Assembly (NCBI GenBank): GCA_963728405.1
Contig: CAVSJV010000004.1
Span: 222,621-286,620 of the forward strand
Length of the DNA stretch: 64,000 nt
Direction of reading: 5' to 3'
From: Methanomassiliicoccaceae archaeon
GTDB taxonomy: Archaea > Thermoplasmatota > Thermoplasmata > Methanomassiliicoccales > Methanomassiliicoccaceae
Shown: positions 36,504-47,010 of the stretch, piece by piece
Numbering within the stretch: position 1 is the stretch's first letter
Layout: every line of letters begins with the position of its first letter
Translations under genes and position numbers: made by a program
The notes under the pieces: generated by a model
Databases searched by the model: none
Told to the model about the DNA's origin: nothing
The model's input: only the letters and a program-made list of their open reading frames with translations

Positions 36504-36928
36504 TCAAACCTTTTTCTGGCCTTCGTTCCTCGGGAACACTTGACCGCCCAGCTCTGTCCCGAAGCCCCACTTTCGGTATAGTTCTACCACGTCCGGCCGA
36601 CAGTAGAGCTCGAAGTGCTTGACCTCCAAAAGCTGGGGATGGCCAATGATGGCATCCAATAGTCGGCAGATCAGGCCCCTGCCTCGATAGCCCTAGTGCA
36701 CGATGACGTCGAACACTGAGGCCCGGTAGATCGTGTCGGTCAGCACCCTGGCGAGACCCACCAGACGGTCGCTGTCGGTATCGACCAGCGCAAAGACCAG
36801 GTCGGTGTGGGCTAACATCTTGCGGACCTCTCCCTCGTTCCGCTCCGTCCCCAATAGGTCTGCCGATTGAGGAACATCAGGTCCGCCACCCGCATCTCCT
36901 CGAGGCGGTCACGCATCTCGATGGTCAT
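36504..36928 (-). CDS. GNAT N-acetyltransferase with one homopolymer frameshift (about 36850) and an in-frame TAG (36693-36695)
   Basis: Manual translation: ...LVGLARVLTDTIYRASVFDVIVH*GYRGRGLICRLLDAIIGHPQL...ELYCRPDVVELYRKWGF. This contains GNAT motifs A and B. Confidence 0.75.
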
Positions 36929-36930
36929 GC

Positions 36931-37848
36931 CTACATATTCCGGACCGAGTACTCGGCGAGGCCATATCCTTTCTGGCCCCTGAAACGGTACTCGGCCAGG
37001 GTCTCATGCATGATGGAGACGCTCTTCCCGTCCCGACTGGGGAAGGGCATGAGGACTTCCCGCATTACCTCGGCGGCAGCCTGGTGCTTTCCTCCGAACT
37101 TGTCCTGCAGTTCGATGGTCAGCGAATGCGGTGTGCCATCACCATCCAGCACCGTATTGATATCGGCCTTGACCACGGGGAGGTTCTTCCCATCCTTGTG
37201 GACAAAGCCGGCGGCCACCTCGCCCCCTTCCATGAACAGCTTGGTAACGTTGAATGCCAGCTTATCGGAGAACTCGGCGGTGAGCCAGATCGACAACTTG
37301 GGGGCGTTCCAGTCGCGGACCCCCCAGGAATGGTCCCTCTCTCCCAGCCCGGAGATGGCGAACTCCTGCTCTCCCACCCTAAGCGAGCCGGTGGCCCGCC
37401 CGAACTGCTCGAGATGCTCCGAAGCAACATTCTGGTAGAGGCGCTCGCTTTCCGCGTCCACGCACTCCCGGTAATCGAACATGCGGTTGAGGGATTCGAA
37501 CTCCAGGTCGAAGGAGACCGCCAACGGCTCCGGATTCGGTCCGGCCATACGGGCCATGTGGCCGCTGTAGTTCAACTTCCACCGCTTTTCAGCCTCCAGT
37601 TTCTCGAAACGGAGGGACCGCACATCCAGTGTTCCCGCTCCAAGCGGCTCCTGGTCTTTCAGCCCCACCAGCGAGCCATCGGGCATCATGATGAAGCAGA
37701 ACGCCGACCGCTCATCGATGTTGGGCTTGAGGCCGATGCGCATGAACATGCACAGGTCGTTCTGCTGATCATAGAGATTGAAGTACAGGCTCTCGTTCCA
37801 TTCCTTGTCCGTTCCCACCGGATGTAGCACATCACTGTCCATGTTCAA
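36931..37848 (-). CDS. Beta-rich protein, tocopherol-cyclase/CrtC(AttH)-like fold
   Basis: WNESLYF, HLEQFGRATG, GERDHSWGVRDW and terminal GYGLAEY. The fold is inferred from these motifs. Confidence 0.6.
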   Translation of the reverse strand: MNMDSDVLHPVGTDKEWNESLYFNLYDQQNDLCMFMRIGLKPNIDERSAFCFIMMPDGSLVGLKDQEPLGAGTLDVRSLRFEKLEAEKRWKLNYSGHMARMAGPNPEPLAVSFDLEFESLNRMFDYRECVDAESERLYQNVASEHLEQFGRATGSLRVGEQEFAISGLGERDHSWGVRDWNAPKLSIWLTAEFSDKLAFNVTKLFMEGGEVAAGFVHKDGKNLPVVKADINTVLDGDGTPHSLTIELQDKFGGKHQAAAEVMREVLMPFPSRDGKSVSIMHETLAEYRFRGQKGYGLAEYSVRNM

Positions 37849-38882
37849 GCCTCTTCCAAGATATAGATCGTGCCGTCGTTACCGTCCGGGGTGACCATCT
37901 GCCCAGTACGGAAGAACCCTGTCGCGCCCTTGACGGCCGTCACGGCCGGTATGCCGTATTCGCGAGAGACCACCACTCCGTGAGATAATATGCCTCCGGT
38001 CTCGGTGATCAGGCCCCCGAGCTTGGAGAACACGGCGGTCCAGCCCGGGTCGGTATTGGAGGTGACCATGAGATAGAAGCGTTGGTTCTCCCGGAACATT
38101 AGATAAGTCTGGGCGTAGTGGAGGACCGGACGGAAGATCAGCTTCTTGAAGATGTCGTAGCGGAGCCGGGTCAGGCGCTCCAGTACCTCCTTCTCCGTTT
38201 CCTTACGTTCCCTGATCTTTTCCCGCTCCATCATTTCCAGGTCCCCGATCTCCGAGGTTATAAGGGCCTTGACCACGTCGATGACCAGAGTGGGATCGTC
38301 AGCCCACCGGGGATAGCATATCTCCCGGGTGTGAGAACGATGGCCGTAGGTCTTGAGGAACTGTCGGAGCTGTCCGTCGAACTCCTTCAGCCGCGGGTCG
38401 GTGGATAGAGCACCTCCGATCTCTCGAGAGCTAATTTCCATGAGGGCATTTCTTGCCTCCGGGTCGTTCTGGGCTAACCTGGCCAGCCGAGCTATGGCGA
38501 TGTTGGTCTTGATGGTCTTGTTGTCGTCCAGGCCGGAGATCAGCCGCGAGTAGAACGACCCGCTGCGATCCTCCAGCCAATCCGCCAGCCAGCGCTTGAC
38601 CATGAGGTTGGTGCCGATGGAATGAGTGACCAGCCCGTATCGGATAAGCTGATAGTGCTTGATCCCGGCCCGGATAAAATCGTTTCCTAACCTCGCGGTG
38701 TTACCATGCTCATAAAAAGAACTGGCCCGAGAAGAATCAGAAGGAGTGCCGAAGGACATGAGAGATGCGGATCGAGGTGGCGAATCCGATATGGGCCCCA
38801 TCATGCCGCTGGAGGCCCATGAGCTGATCGAAAGATAGGTGTCTATATGGCCACTAGCGCGGTGGGCTCGGGAAAGGGGCAC
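37845..38882 (-). pseudogene. Truncated PEP-utilising enzyme (rifampicin-phosphotransferase/PEP-synthase-like) with swivel His domain
   Basis: FLKTYGHRS, PRWADDP, RENQRF, then directly TDPGWT...ETGGILSHGVVVSREYGIPAV. There is no ATP-grasp domain, and an internal deletion is apparent. Confidence 0.7.
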
Positions 38883-39030
38883 TGTTGCCCCCCAGGTAAC
38901 GAAGTACCGCCTGGATAAGAAAGTGACCTTAAAGAGAGGGCCTCTAAGCCCCCATCATATTAGTACTGAACGGCGGAACTTTTAACTCTAGAATGCTCCG
39001 TGGTAATTCTCAACTTCAGAGAGGGAAGAA

Positions 39031-40035
39031 TTGAGCGTTCGAGTGTTATTGATAGAGGATAATCTAGGCGATGCTGAGCTGATAGAGGAGCTGCTGAGCG
39101 ATGCTCGCGAGGCCTTTGAGGTCACCAGGGTCACCAGGCTCTCAGAGGCGAGGGAAGCGATGCTCCGCCACTATTTCGCCGTGATACTTCTGGACCTGGG
39201 TCTCCCGGATTCCAAGGGCCTTGACACCCTTACCCAGGCCCTCGACTTCTCCGAAGGGGTGCCGATCGTCGTGCTGACCGGAAGCAAGGCTGATACCCTG
39301 GTCACCGAGGCGGCGAGGATGGGCGCACAGGACTATCTTGTGAAATGCGATGCCAACGCCGACATGGTCGAGCGGTCCATCCTCTATGCCGTGGAACGGA
39401 AGAAGGCCCAGGAATCGATAAGGAACGCGTTGCAGAGCTACGCCGACCTGGTGCGGGAGATACCTTCCGGACTGCTCACGTTCCAGTACGAGTGGCCAGG
39501 AAAACTGTCCCTTCTGTCCTGGAATCCCCGGGCCAGAGAGATGCTCGACCATGGCCCTGCTCTCGAGGTTGGCCTGGATCTTGGCGATCTATGGCCGCTG
39601 AACCAAGTGGCCAAGGAGGATTTCCTGGACGTTGTGTTCAACGGCGGTCCGTTCATCAAGAAGGGCGGGAGGTTCGAAAAGGACGGTGGGGAGATATCCA
39701 TCGACCTCCGGGCGTTCCGCATACCGTGCCGGAGGCTCTGCGTCTCCCTGGACGATGTCACCGATCGGGTCAAAGAGGAAGAGCTGAGGATACAGGCCTA
39801 CCGTCAGATAGACCTGAACATCGAACACTTCGCCTCCCTGGTAGACGAGATCAGGAACCCCAATTCCGTGATAATAGGGGTCGCCGAGGGGCTAGACAGC
39901 AAAGCGTCGCGATGCATCCTGACCCAGGCCGAAAGGATCGAGAACATCATCAACCGACTCGATGAGCAGTGGATCGCCTCCGAGAACATCCGGCAATTCC
40001 TCCGTCGTACCATAACCTTGCTCCCGTTCGAGTAG
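39031..40035 (+). CDS. Response-regulator receiver plus PAS-like protein with truncated dimerisation helix
   Basis: VLLIEDN, LLDLGLPDSKG, VVLTG and GAQDYLVK, with C-terminal LVDEIRNP and no HATPase domain. Confidence 0.85.
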   Translation: MSVRVLLIEDNLGDAELIEELLSDAREAFEVTRVTRLSEAREAMLRHYFAVILLDLGLPDSKGLDTLTQALDFSEGVPIVVLTGSKADTLVTEAARMGAQDYLVKCDANADMVERSILYAVERKKAQESIRNALQSYADLVREIPSGLLTFQYEWPGKLSLLSWNPRAREMLDHGPALEVGLDLGDLWPLNQVAKEDFLDVVFNGGPFIKKGGRFEKDGGEISIDLRAFRIPCRRLCVSLDDVTDRVKEEELRIQAYRQIDLNIEHFASLVDEIRNPNSVIIGVAEGLDSKASRCILTQAERIENIINRLDEQWIASENIRQFLRRTITLLPFE

Positions 40036-40071
40036 GAGAGCGTTTTTCGGCCCCCTGGGGCTCATGTTTAT

Positions 40072-42156
40072 ATGCTGTCCAGTCATGCTTCGGGCGTGGC
40101 CGGAAGGTTCTGCAGCTGTGGCTGCTTGCTCAATCCCGAGACAGACCTGTGCCCGCGATGTGGTCGGCTCGAAAGGCAGGAAAGGAGGACACCGGCACGC
40201 GTGTTCACGACGGCGAGGAAGACCGCTCCGGAAGAGACCATAGAGGATGGCCGGCCAGCTTTGTTCCCGTATCGTCCAAGACCCTCCCAGGTCGAGATCG
40301 TCCGAGCGGTCCAGGAAGCACTTGACCAGGGAAAGCACCTGGTGATGGAATCGGGCACCGGGACGGGGAAGACAGTGTGCTCGCTGGTCGGGGCCCTTCA
40401 ACACGCCAAGGCCCGCCGGAAGAAGGTCCTCTACCTCACCAGGACGATATCCCAAAGCGACCAGATAATGAAGGAGCTCCGCTCCATCTCCCGCCGACAA
40501 AGGGTTACCGGGTTACCGCTGCTGGGCCGGAGGAAATCATGCCTCCTGATGCGCACCCTGGCGGAGTTCGAGGACATTCCACCCCATGCCCTGGCCAAGC
40601 TCTGTGAAGAAAGGAAATCGCGCACTCTGGCCAAAGAAAGAGGAGGTTGCCCCCATTTCGCCGACTTCCTGGCCATTGGGGAGGTCAGCTTCCTGCAGTT
40701 CTGCACGAACGAACTGCCCACGGCCGAAGAGTTCGACCGCTACTGCGAGAAGCAGGGCGCCTGCCCCTACGAAGCGCGCAAAGCCCTCTTACCGCTGGTC
40801 GACGTGGTGGTGGTCCCGTATGTCCAGTTGCTGTCCAAGGAGATCCGCTCCCAGCTGTTCGACCGCATGAAGCTCACCATGGACGACTTCGTCCTGGTGG
40901 TCGACGAGGCGCACAACCTGATCGATGCTGCTCGCGACCAGGAGAGCTTTGACATCACCATTCATGATGTCGAGGCCGCCGAGACCGAGGCCAAGGACAT
41001 GGGCAACCCTCGCTTGGTTACCGGCGTCGACCATGGCCTACTGTGCTCGACGCTGCGCAGTATCATGGAAGAGGCGGTGCGGGAACAGGTGCCCCGTGGT
41101 TCGTTCGAAGCGAAGTTGGGTCGGCGGTTCCTCGAGGGCCGGTTGAGAGGCGAACTGGAGCTAGACGACGAGGAGCTTCGCTCGATGTGCGCTAACATGA
41201 TCAACCTCGGGGAGCAGCATGTGGAAGCGATGATGGATGCGGGCAAGGAGCCGACCTCCCCCACCCTGAAGCTAGGAGCCCTACTGGAAGAGTGGTTCGC
41301 CGCCGAGGATTCCCGTTTCGTCAAGCTGATCTCCTCCGATGACGGTGGCCGGCTGAAGGCCTGCTGCCTAGACCCCCAGGAGACCACCCTGTTCCTGCGC
41401 GAGGTCAAGGGCGCGGTCCACATGTCTGGAACGTTGCAGCCGCTGAAGCAGTACGCTGATGTCCTGGACCTTCCCGCCGACCGCGAGCTACGGTTGTTCC
41501 CTTCACCCTTCCCGCCGGAGAACCGCCTCATCCTGTACGCTGAGGATGTCTGCGCCGGGCAACGGGAGATGCGGGAGGACCCCTCGATGAAGTCGAGGAT
41601 CGAGGACCACATCATCCGGCTATGTCAGGCCACTGACCGCAACACCATGGTGTTCTTCCGCTCCTACGAGATGGTACGCTCGATGCGGCCACGCATCGAG
41701 GAACAAGTGGACCGGCAGCTGTACTGGGAGGAATCGGGATCGTCCCGGAGACTTTCTTCCAGCATACAGGCGTTCAAGAAAGGGCGCGATGGGGTCTTCT
41801 TCACAGTCATGGGCGGCAAGGTCGCCGAAGGGCTGGACTTCCCCGGCCAGGAGCTGGACGTGGCCATCGTGGTCGGCCTCCCGTACCCGCCCCCCTCGCT
41901 GTTGCTGGACGAGCTGAAGCAGCGCTACGATCGCAAGTATGGCCCCGGTCGGGGGTGGGAATACGCGTCGGCAGTGCCAGCTGTCCGCAAGGTCCAGCAG
42001 GCGGTCGGCCGCCTGATCCGAACGGAAACGGACCGGGGGGTCGCTATCATCCTTGACTCCCGCGTTTCGAGGTACAAGGAGCAGCTGGGCGCCAGGCCAT
42101 CCACCGATCCGGTCAAGGACCTGGTGGGATTCTTGGGTTGGAGCAAGCGATTCTGA
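40072..42156 (+). CDS. xpd: XPD/Rad3/DinG-family Fe-S DNA helicase
   Basis: Q motif, ESGTGTGKT, four Fe-S Cys, DEAHN, SGTL, EGLDF and QQAVGRLIR, plus an extra N-terminal CSCG...CPRC. Confidence 0.9.
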   Translation: MLSSHASGVAGRFCSCGCLLNPETDLCPRCGRLERQERRTPARVFTTARKTAPEETIEDGRPALFPYRPRPSQVEIVRAVQEALDQGKHLVMESGTGTGKTVCSLVGALQHAKARRKKVLYLTRTISQSDQIMKELRSISRRQRVTGLPLLGRRKSCLLMRTLAEFEDIPPHALAKLCEERKSRTLAKERGGCPHFADFLAIGEVSFLQFCTNELPTAEEFDRYCEKQGACPYEARKALLPLVDVVVVPYVQLLSKEIRSQLFDRMKLTMDDFVLVVDEAHNLIDAARDQESFDITIHDVEAAETEAKDMGNPRLVTGVDHGLLCSTLRSIMEEAVREQVPRGSFEAKLGRRFLEGRLRGELELDDEELRSMCANMINLGEQHVEAMMDAGKEPTSPTLKLGALLEEWFAAEDSRFVKLISSDDGGRLKACCLDPQETTLFLREVKGAVHMSGTLQPLKQYADVLDLPADRELRLFPSPFPPENRLILYAEDVCAGQREMREDPSMKSRIEDHIIRLCQATDRNTMVFFRSYEMVRSMRPRIEEQVDRQLYWEESGSSRRLSSSIQAFKKGRDGVFFTVMGGKVAEGLDFPGQELDVAIVVGLPYPPPSLLLDELKQRYDRKYGPGRGWEYASAVPAVRKVQQAVGRLIRTETDRGVAIILDSRVSRYKEQLGARPSTDPVKDLVGFLGWSKRF

Positions 42157-42447
42157 TCATTAACAGCACGCCGGGTGGCGGACGGACCTCTGAGCGAGCA
42201 CGAGGAGGGTCGGGGCCCACCACCCCCACGCGGGTCCGACGGGGCCTCTTTCCATCCAGGTCGACCAGCCAGCTGCCATCGTTCCTACACTCGTTCCGGA
42301 TGAAGTTGTTGAACTCCATGTGGGTCATGAAGAATGGGAGCCATCGGCCGCGATATACCATTTCTACCGCCCTGAGGCAGGTGTCTCTGTTCTAGGACGG
42401 GGCGATGGTACGGAAACGAATAAATATGCGATAGTCATCAGTGGATT

Positions 42448-42572
42448 TGGTGTGACGGCCATAGCGGCGGGGATACACCCGGTCCCATTCGAACCCGGAA
42501 GTTAAGCCCGCCAACGTTCCATGCTGTACTGCGGTGCGCGAGCCCGCGGGAACCATGGAGCGCTGTCAGCCA
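42448..42572 (+). rRNA. rrf: 5S rRNA (stand-alone)
   Basis: GGCCATAGCGGCGGGGATACACCCGGTCCCATT-CGAACCCGGAAGTTAAGCCCGCC, paired ends (TGGTGTGAC/GTCAGCCA), a T-run after it and TAAATA upstream. Confidence 0.95.
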
Positions 42573-42587
42573 CTTTTTATCAATTCT

Positions 42588-43208
42588 TCACTTCAGTGCT
42601 TGTTTGATCAGATTCGAGACCGCTTCCGTATTTATCGCCGTTCCACAATAGGCACAGTACCTGACGCCGTTCTCTCCGAGATCGCTGTGGACCGTAACGG
42701 ACGCCCCGCAATTGGGACATTTGTATGGAATGTTCAGGCTTCCCGACTTCATTTGTTCGATAAGGCCGTTCACGTCCACATTTACATTCTTGATGACCTG
42801 ATGGCCCTTCCTATTTCGTACTTTTCCCGCTTCTGCCAGATAGCCGAAGTCCTCGTAGAGCTGAGCTAGCTCATCGTACCTAGCGGTCAACTCCAACCTT
42901 TGGATCAGGGGCGGAAGGAACTGCGTCCTCAGAACGTTCTGGCAGGTGGGACAGAACGTGAGGCACCTCCGGCCGAAATGGAGGAATGAACCGAATCGAT
43001 AGGTCCTCTGGAACCACCCGACCTGCTGGGGCGAATATTGAGATATGTTATTGATGGCGCACTGTAAATGAATCGAGTAACCGCACAGAGAGCATGCGGG
43101 AGGGGCTTCCTTCGCATAGATGGGGGCCTTGCACGCTATGCAAGAGCACATTACCTTAGGGCCAAACAGGGACATCTGGAATTTGATGCACCTATCGAGA
43201 TAAATCAA
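42588..43208 (-). CDS. Zinc-finger/zinc-ribbon hypothetical protein
   Basis: CIAC, CSLC, HLQC, CPTC, CPNC and CAYC. The true start may be MSLFG. Confidence 0.7.
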   Translation of the reverse strand: MIYLDRCIKFQMSLFGPKVMCSCIACKAPIYAKEAPPACSLCGYSIHLQCAINNISQYSPQQVGWFQRTYRFGSFLHFGRRCLTFCPTCQNVLRTQFLPPLIQRLELTARYDELAQLYEDFGYLAEAGKVRNRKGHQVIKNVNVDVNGLIEQMKSGSLNIPYKCPNCGASVTVHSDLGENGVRYCAYCGTAINTEAVSNLIKQALK

Positions 43209-43375
43209 TATCGGACAGATTCCGCCGGACGAAGAGGGCTGTAGGGGAGCGGCATCTGGGCAAACCCACGATCGGGTTTTGACCCGACACTATTTTCCTA
43301 TTTCTGGCAGTGGGCCGACCTCGGGCCCGGCCCAATTAATAGCCCTTGTTCCGATTAGGCAAGGGGGATGTTTCA

Positions 43376-43621
43376 ATGAGGATCGAGCTGTTCAGCACTG
43401 ATTGCGTGAAATGCAAGAGATTGGAGTTTAGCCTTCACCAGGCACTGTCCGAAGCGAGCGTGGATGCTGAGCTGATCAAGATATCGGACATCAAAGAGAT
43501 GGAAAGGAGGGGGCTGAGGGCCGTTCCCGCCTTGGCCATCGATGGAGAGATCATTTTCGCCGGAATTGCCCCACCGGTCAGCGAACTGCGCAAGTTGCTC
43601 ATCGAGAAGGGGCAGCTTTGA
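43376..43621 (+). CDS. Small thioredoxin-like redox-active disulfide protein
   Basis: CVKC, VPALAIDGE and G.AP...EL pattern. Confidence 0.85.
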   Translation: MRIELFSTDCVKCKRLEFSLHQALSEASVDAELIKISDIKEMERRGLRAVPALAIDGEIIFAGIAPPVSELRKLLIEKGQL

Positions 43622-44168
43622 GAAAGCTCGTTCTCTTCCTGGGAATGCCTTGAGATCGTTCATTCTCTAGTCGAAAAGATTCACCGATCATGGTCACGGT
43701 CTGCTCAGCTTTCATCTCAGAAAGGCCGAGAACGCATCCCGAGATCCATAGCCCTAGCTTCAAATCGGAAGCATGTTGCTGATGACAAGCACCCCGCCAA
43801 CCTAGAGGTCCAACGTATTACGGCCAACCAGGCGATAACTTCCAATATGGTCGTGACAGGGGGGAAGAAAAACAACTGATCGGAAGGTCGTCAGGTGGAC
43901 ACCTGTCCGCCATGATGGCGTTTTCCGGAACCCTTGGCGATCGACAAACACTAGTTGACATCCCCGAAGGCATCGAAATTTGATCACGAGACGGACAAGA
44001 TCGGATCGATTGATGGATAGGCCCATCCATACTGTATAAAAACGAACGAACAAAGCTAATTTCGACAGCTTGCATGAAAGAATGAGCCCACCACTGGCAA
44101 TTCAAAGTGATCGCAGCGATGTCGTCGTACCCAATTCTAATATACTATAGGTTTAAAACTTCAATTGG

Positions 44169-45068
44169 GTGAATTGGTTGCAAACTCAAACTGTTGGAGA
44201 GACAGAACAGCGCATGAGAATGTCCGATGGCTTCGAGCTTTTTTACAGGAGATGGCCCGCTATGGGGCAGCTAGAGCAGGTGGTGATCTTCCTTCACGGC
44301 ATCGAGGTCCATTCAGGGGCATTTAGATTCATGGGGCCCGAGCTAGCGAACGACCATAACGAAGTTTATGGTTTCGACCGCAGAGGCTTCGGTAACTCAA
44401 AGGAGCTGGATCTACCAAGAGGTGACGTTCATAATTTTGAACGCCACCTGGGGGATATCGATGAGTTCGTGGAGATGGTGCGTAATAACCATCCTGGAAA
44501 AAAAGTGTTCATGTTCGGCCACAGCATCGGCTGTGCTTATGCACTATGGTATGCAGCGAACTATCCTCAGAAAATAGACGGCCTGATAATCGCCGCTCCC
44601 CCTCTGGAAACTGGTTTTAAATTGCCGTTTCGGGACACGGTCAAGCTTGTTCTTTCTCCGGCGTACCATCATCATTCGATGTACGATCTTATCGATGAGT
44701 GGCCGCAAGAATTCAAGGAGAGCGAGGAATACAAGCTCATAGCGGAGGATCCGCTCTGCACGAAAGAGTTCGGCCTTGGTTATCTCTTCGATGCTCAAAC
44801 CAAGCTTACGAACAAAATGACCCATAACGCGGAGAAGGTAGAAAGGCCGGTCGTTCTGATCCATGGCGATTCTGATATCGTGGCCCTTCCAAAAAGCTCG
44901 GAGACCATCAGGGAGAAGCTCAAGTCCGAGGATAAGGCCATCTACACGTTCGAGGGGGCAAATCATTGGTTCTATGAAAGCATCATTCCTAGGATGGGGA
45001 CAAAATACGACATGGAGAAGAAAAGAATGGTGTCCGCCCGGGTCAAGGCATGGCTAAAGGACCACTGA
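44169..45068 (+). CDS. Alpha/beta hydrolase (lysophospholipase-like)
   Basis: HGIEVH, DRRGFG, GHSIG nucleophile elbow, HGDSD and ANH. Confidence 0.9.
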   Translation: MNWLQTQTVGETEQRMRMSDGFELFYRRWPAMGQLEQVVIFLHGIEVHSGAFRFMGPELANDHNEVYGFDRRGFGNSKELDLPRGDVHNFERHLGDIDEFVEMVRNNHPGKKVFMFGHSIGCAYALWYAANYPQKIDGLIIAAPPLETGFKLPFRDTVKLVLSPAYHHHSMYDLIDEWPQEFKESEEYKLIAEDPLCTKEFGLGYLFDAQTKLTNKMTHNAEKVERPVVLIHGDSDIVALPKSSETIREKLKSEDKAIYTFEGANHWFYESIIPRMGTKYDMEKKRMVSARVKAWLKDH

Positions 45069-45113
45069 CGAGGGGAATGGAGAGCTTGCCCGACCCAACG
45101 CTTCACTATAGTT

Positions 45114-45218
45114 GGAGGGCGTGGCAGGCAAGCGACCCAAGAACGCATGGAAGGAGCGGTCGGTGCTGAACGCACGAACTCCCCTTATTGAAAAAGAATT
45201 TGATAGCACCACATATGT
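45114..45218 (+). repeat. Remnant of an integrase 3' end, homologous to 56227-56335
   Basis: GGAGGGCGTGGCAGGCAAGCGACCCAAGAACGCATGGAAGGA...TTATTGAAAAAGAATTTGATA aligns with GGAGGGCGTGGCGGGAAAGCGGCTCAAGAACGCATGGAAGGA...TTATTAAAAAAGAATTTGATA. Confidence 0.8.
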
Positions 45219-45333
45219 TCAGGGGTGAACAGCTCGGGACTCGCGCCCATGCCTAGCCATTAGGTCATAATCCATAGTCAATACAGGGTTTTCCGGCAAA
45301 AATCTCTTTTTTCTTATTCTCCCCCATGATGAC

Positions 45334-45660
45334 ATGACGATGAATGATACAATAACGACCGGGCGAACAAGAAACATCGTCACAAACCTTGATGTGAGGA
45401 CATATGATGGATGCGATATGAATCTGGCCAACGAGAGCTATGTCATCTCGATCAGCACCAAGACATTTACTGAGCTCTATTACCGAGATCAGAGCAGCTG
45501 GTTTAAGGTGAGCGCGCGTGGCCGAAAATTTCGGGCGACCGCCGAGCAGGTCTTGAACCATGTTCTGCCTGCACTGGCCGGCATCAAGCCAAACGTAACT
45601 ATTAAGGTGGAACATTATGAGGACCCAGAGACCCGAATCCTAGCGGGCCGGCGTGAATGA
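45334..45660 (+). CDS. Hypothetical protein
   Basis: 108-aa ORF with plausible composition and no recognised motif. Confidence 0.55.
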   Translation: MTMNDTITTGRTRNIVTNLDVRTYDGCDMNLANESYVISISTKTFTELYYRDQSSWFKVSARGRKFRATAEQVLNHVLPALAGIKPNVTIKVEHYEDPETRILAGRRE

Positions 45661-45878
45661 GAATAATTTGAGAACGCAATCCGGAGCAAGTTGGCTTCGG
45701 CCCTGCCCGACGAGCTTCGGGTCGAGTCTCAAGAATTTGATAACGATGGCCTAGCTAGGAGTGGACCGGTCTGGATTTGGAACCAACAGGATGACTGGCT
45801 AGAGGCTCAAAATTTCCGGAGTCAGAAATCTCCAAGCAGAGGGCATGAAAGATAGACTAAACCTCTTCCTCTCTTTTC

Positions 45879-46884
45879 AACTGTGTTGAACAACCCTACG
45901 CCATCCCCAGTCGATTGTAGCTCCAGAACTTGTGCTGCGCCTCGCGCAGCATCAAGTCGCTGCGCCGTGAGCGCAGCGCTTCCCCCAGCGCGCGCTTAAC
46001 CGCCGAGAACACGACCTCGACCTTCCACCGCAGCCAGTACTCGTACTTTCGAGACCAGTCGTCCTCGCCGAGACGGTCCCGCTCCCGAACCGCCATCGGC
46101 CGAGCAAACGTCCCGCCCTTGAGCTTCTGGTCCGCCCCCTTCCTGATCTTTATGCCCGCCTCGATACCGTGACGATAAAGAAAGTCGAAGTTGTCCCGTG
46201 AGTCGTACGCGCCGTCGGCGAGCACTCTCTTGATCGAACCCAGACGTTGCGCCTGACGCACCAGCGGTATCAAGAACCCGCGATCGTGCTTACGATCGTC
46301 CGAGACCAGGACCGCGACGACCTCGAGCGTCGTCACGTCAACGGCGACATGTGCTTTCACGAAGCCTCGAGACAAGTGCCACTTATCCCGCAACCACTCG
46401 CCTCGCGGCGAGACCGCGAGGCCGGTACTGTCCACTGCCAGCACCATGCCGTCCCGCCGAGGCGGCACGACCTCGTCCGCCTCGTCGCGAACGAGGCGGT
46501 GCCAGAGCGTCGTATAATCTGGCACTTCGAACGAGAGCGCCTCCGATAACGCTCGAAGCAGTCCCTCGACCTGCCGCAGACCGAGGTGCCAGACATCGCG
46601 AAGCAAGCGAACGAACTTGACCAACGAACGAGGAAAACGATACGGTCGTCCGTTCTTGTGCGCGTTCATCGCCTCCAGCTCGTCGTTCCACGAGCCGAGC
46701 CAGGAGAGGTCGGCGGCGACCTCCCCGCGACGAACAAGTTGTTCGTTGATCTCGTGCCCAATCTCTTTTTACCACTTCGTCGAATGTAAAAACGCGCGTC
46801 ATGTTTTTGCCAAGTCAGCTCTGCTAACCCAGAGCTGATAAAACCGCTGACGCGCGCTCTCGCGCTCACTTATTCAACACAGTT
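45879..46884 (-). mobile_element. IS5-family insertion sequence (about 1.0 kb)
   Basis: TIRs AACTGTGTTGAA(C/T)AA at both ends, and a 9-bp TSD TCTCTTTTC at 45870-45878 and 46885-46893. Confidence 0.92.
45896..46802 (-). CDS. IS5-family DDE transposase (frameshift near 46757)
   Basis: GRPYRFP, LRQVEG, PDYTTL, AVDSTG, LADGAYD and RWKVEVVFSAVKR. The N-terminus MTRVFTFDEVVKRDW-HEINEQLVRRGE joins after removing one G. Confidence 0.88.
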
Positions 46885-47010
46885 TCTCTTTTCCTTAACT
46901 ATATTAATTACCTTAACTTTCTAACCACCCCATAGCATATCTGGATGGTTTCAAGAGAATGAGTTAAGATGGCAATTAAGGACGAGTTACCTAACTCGTT
47001 AATCTTAACA

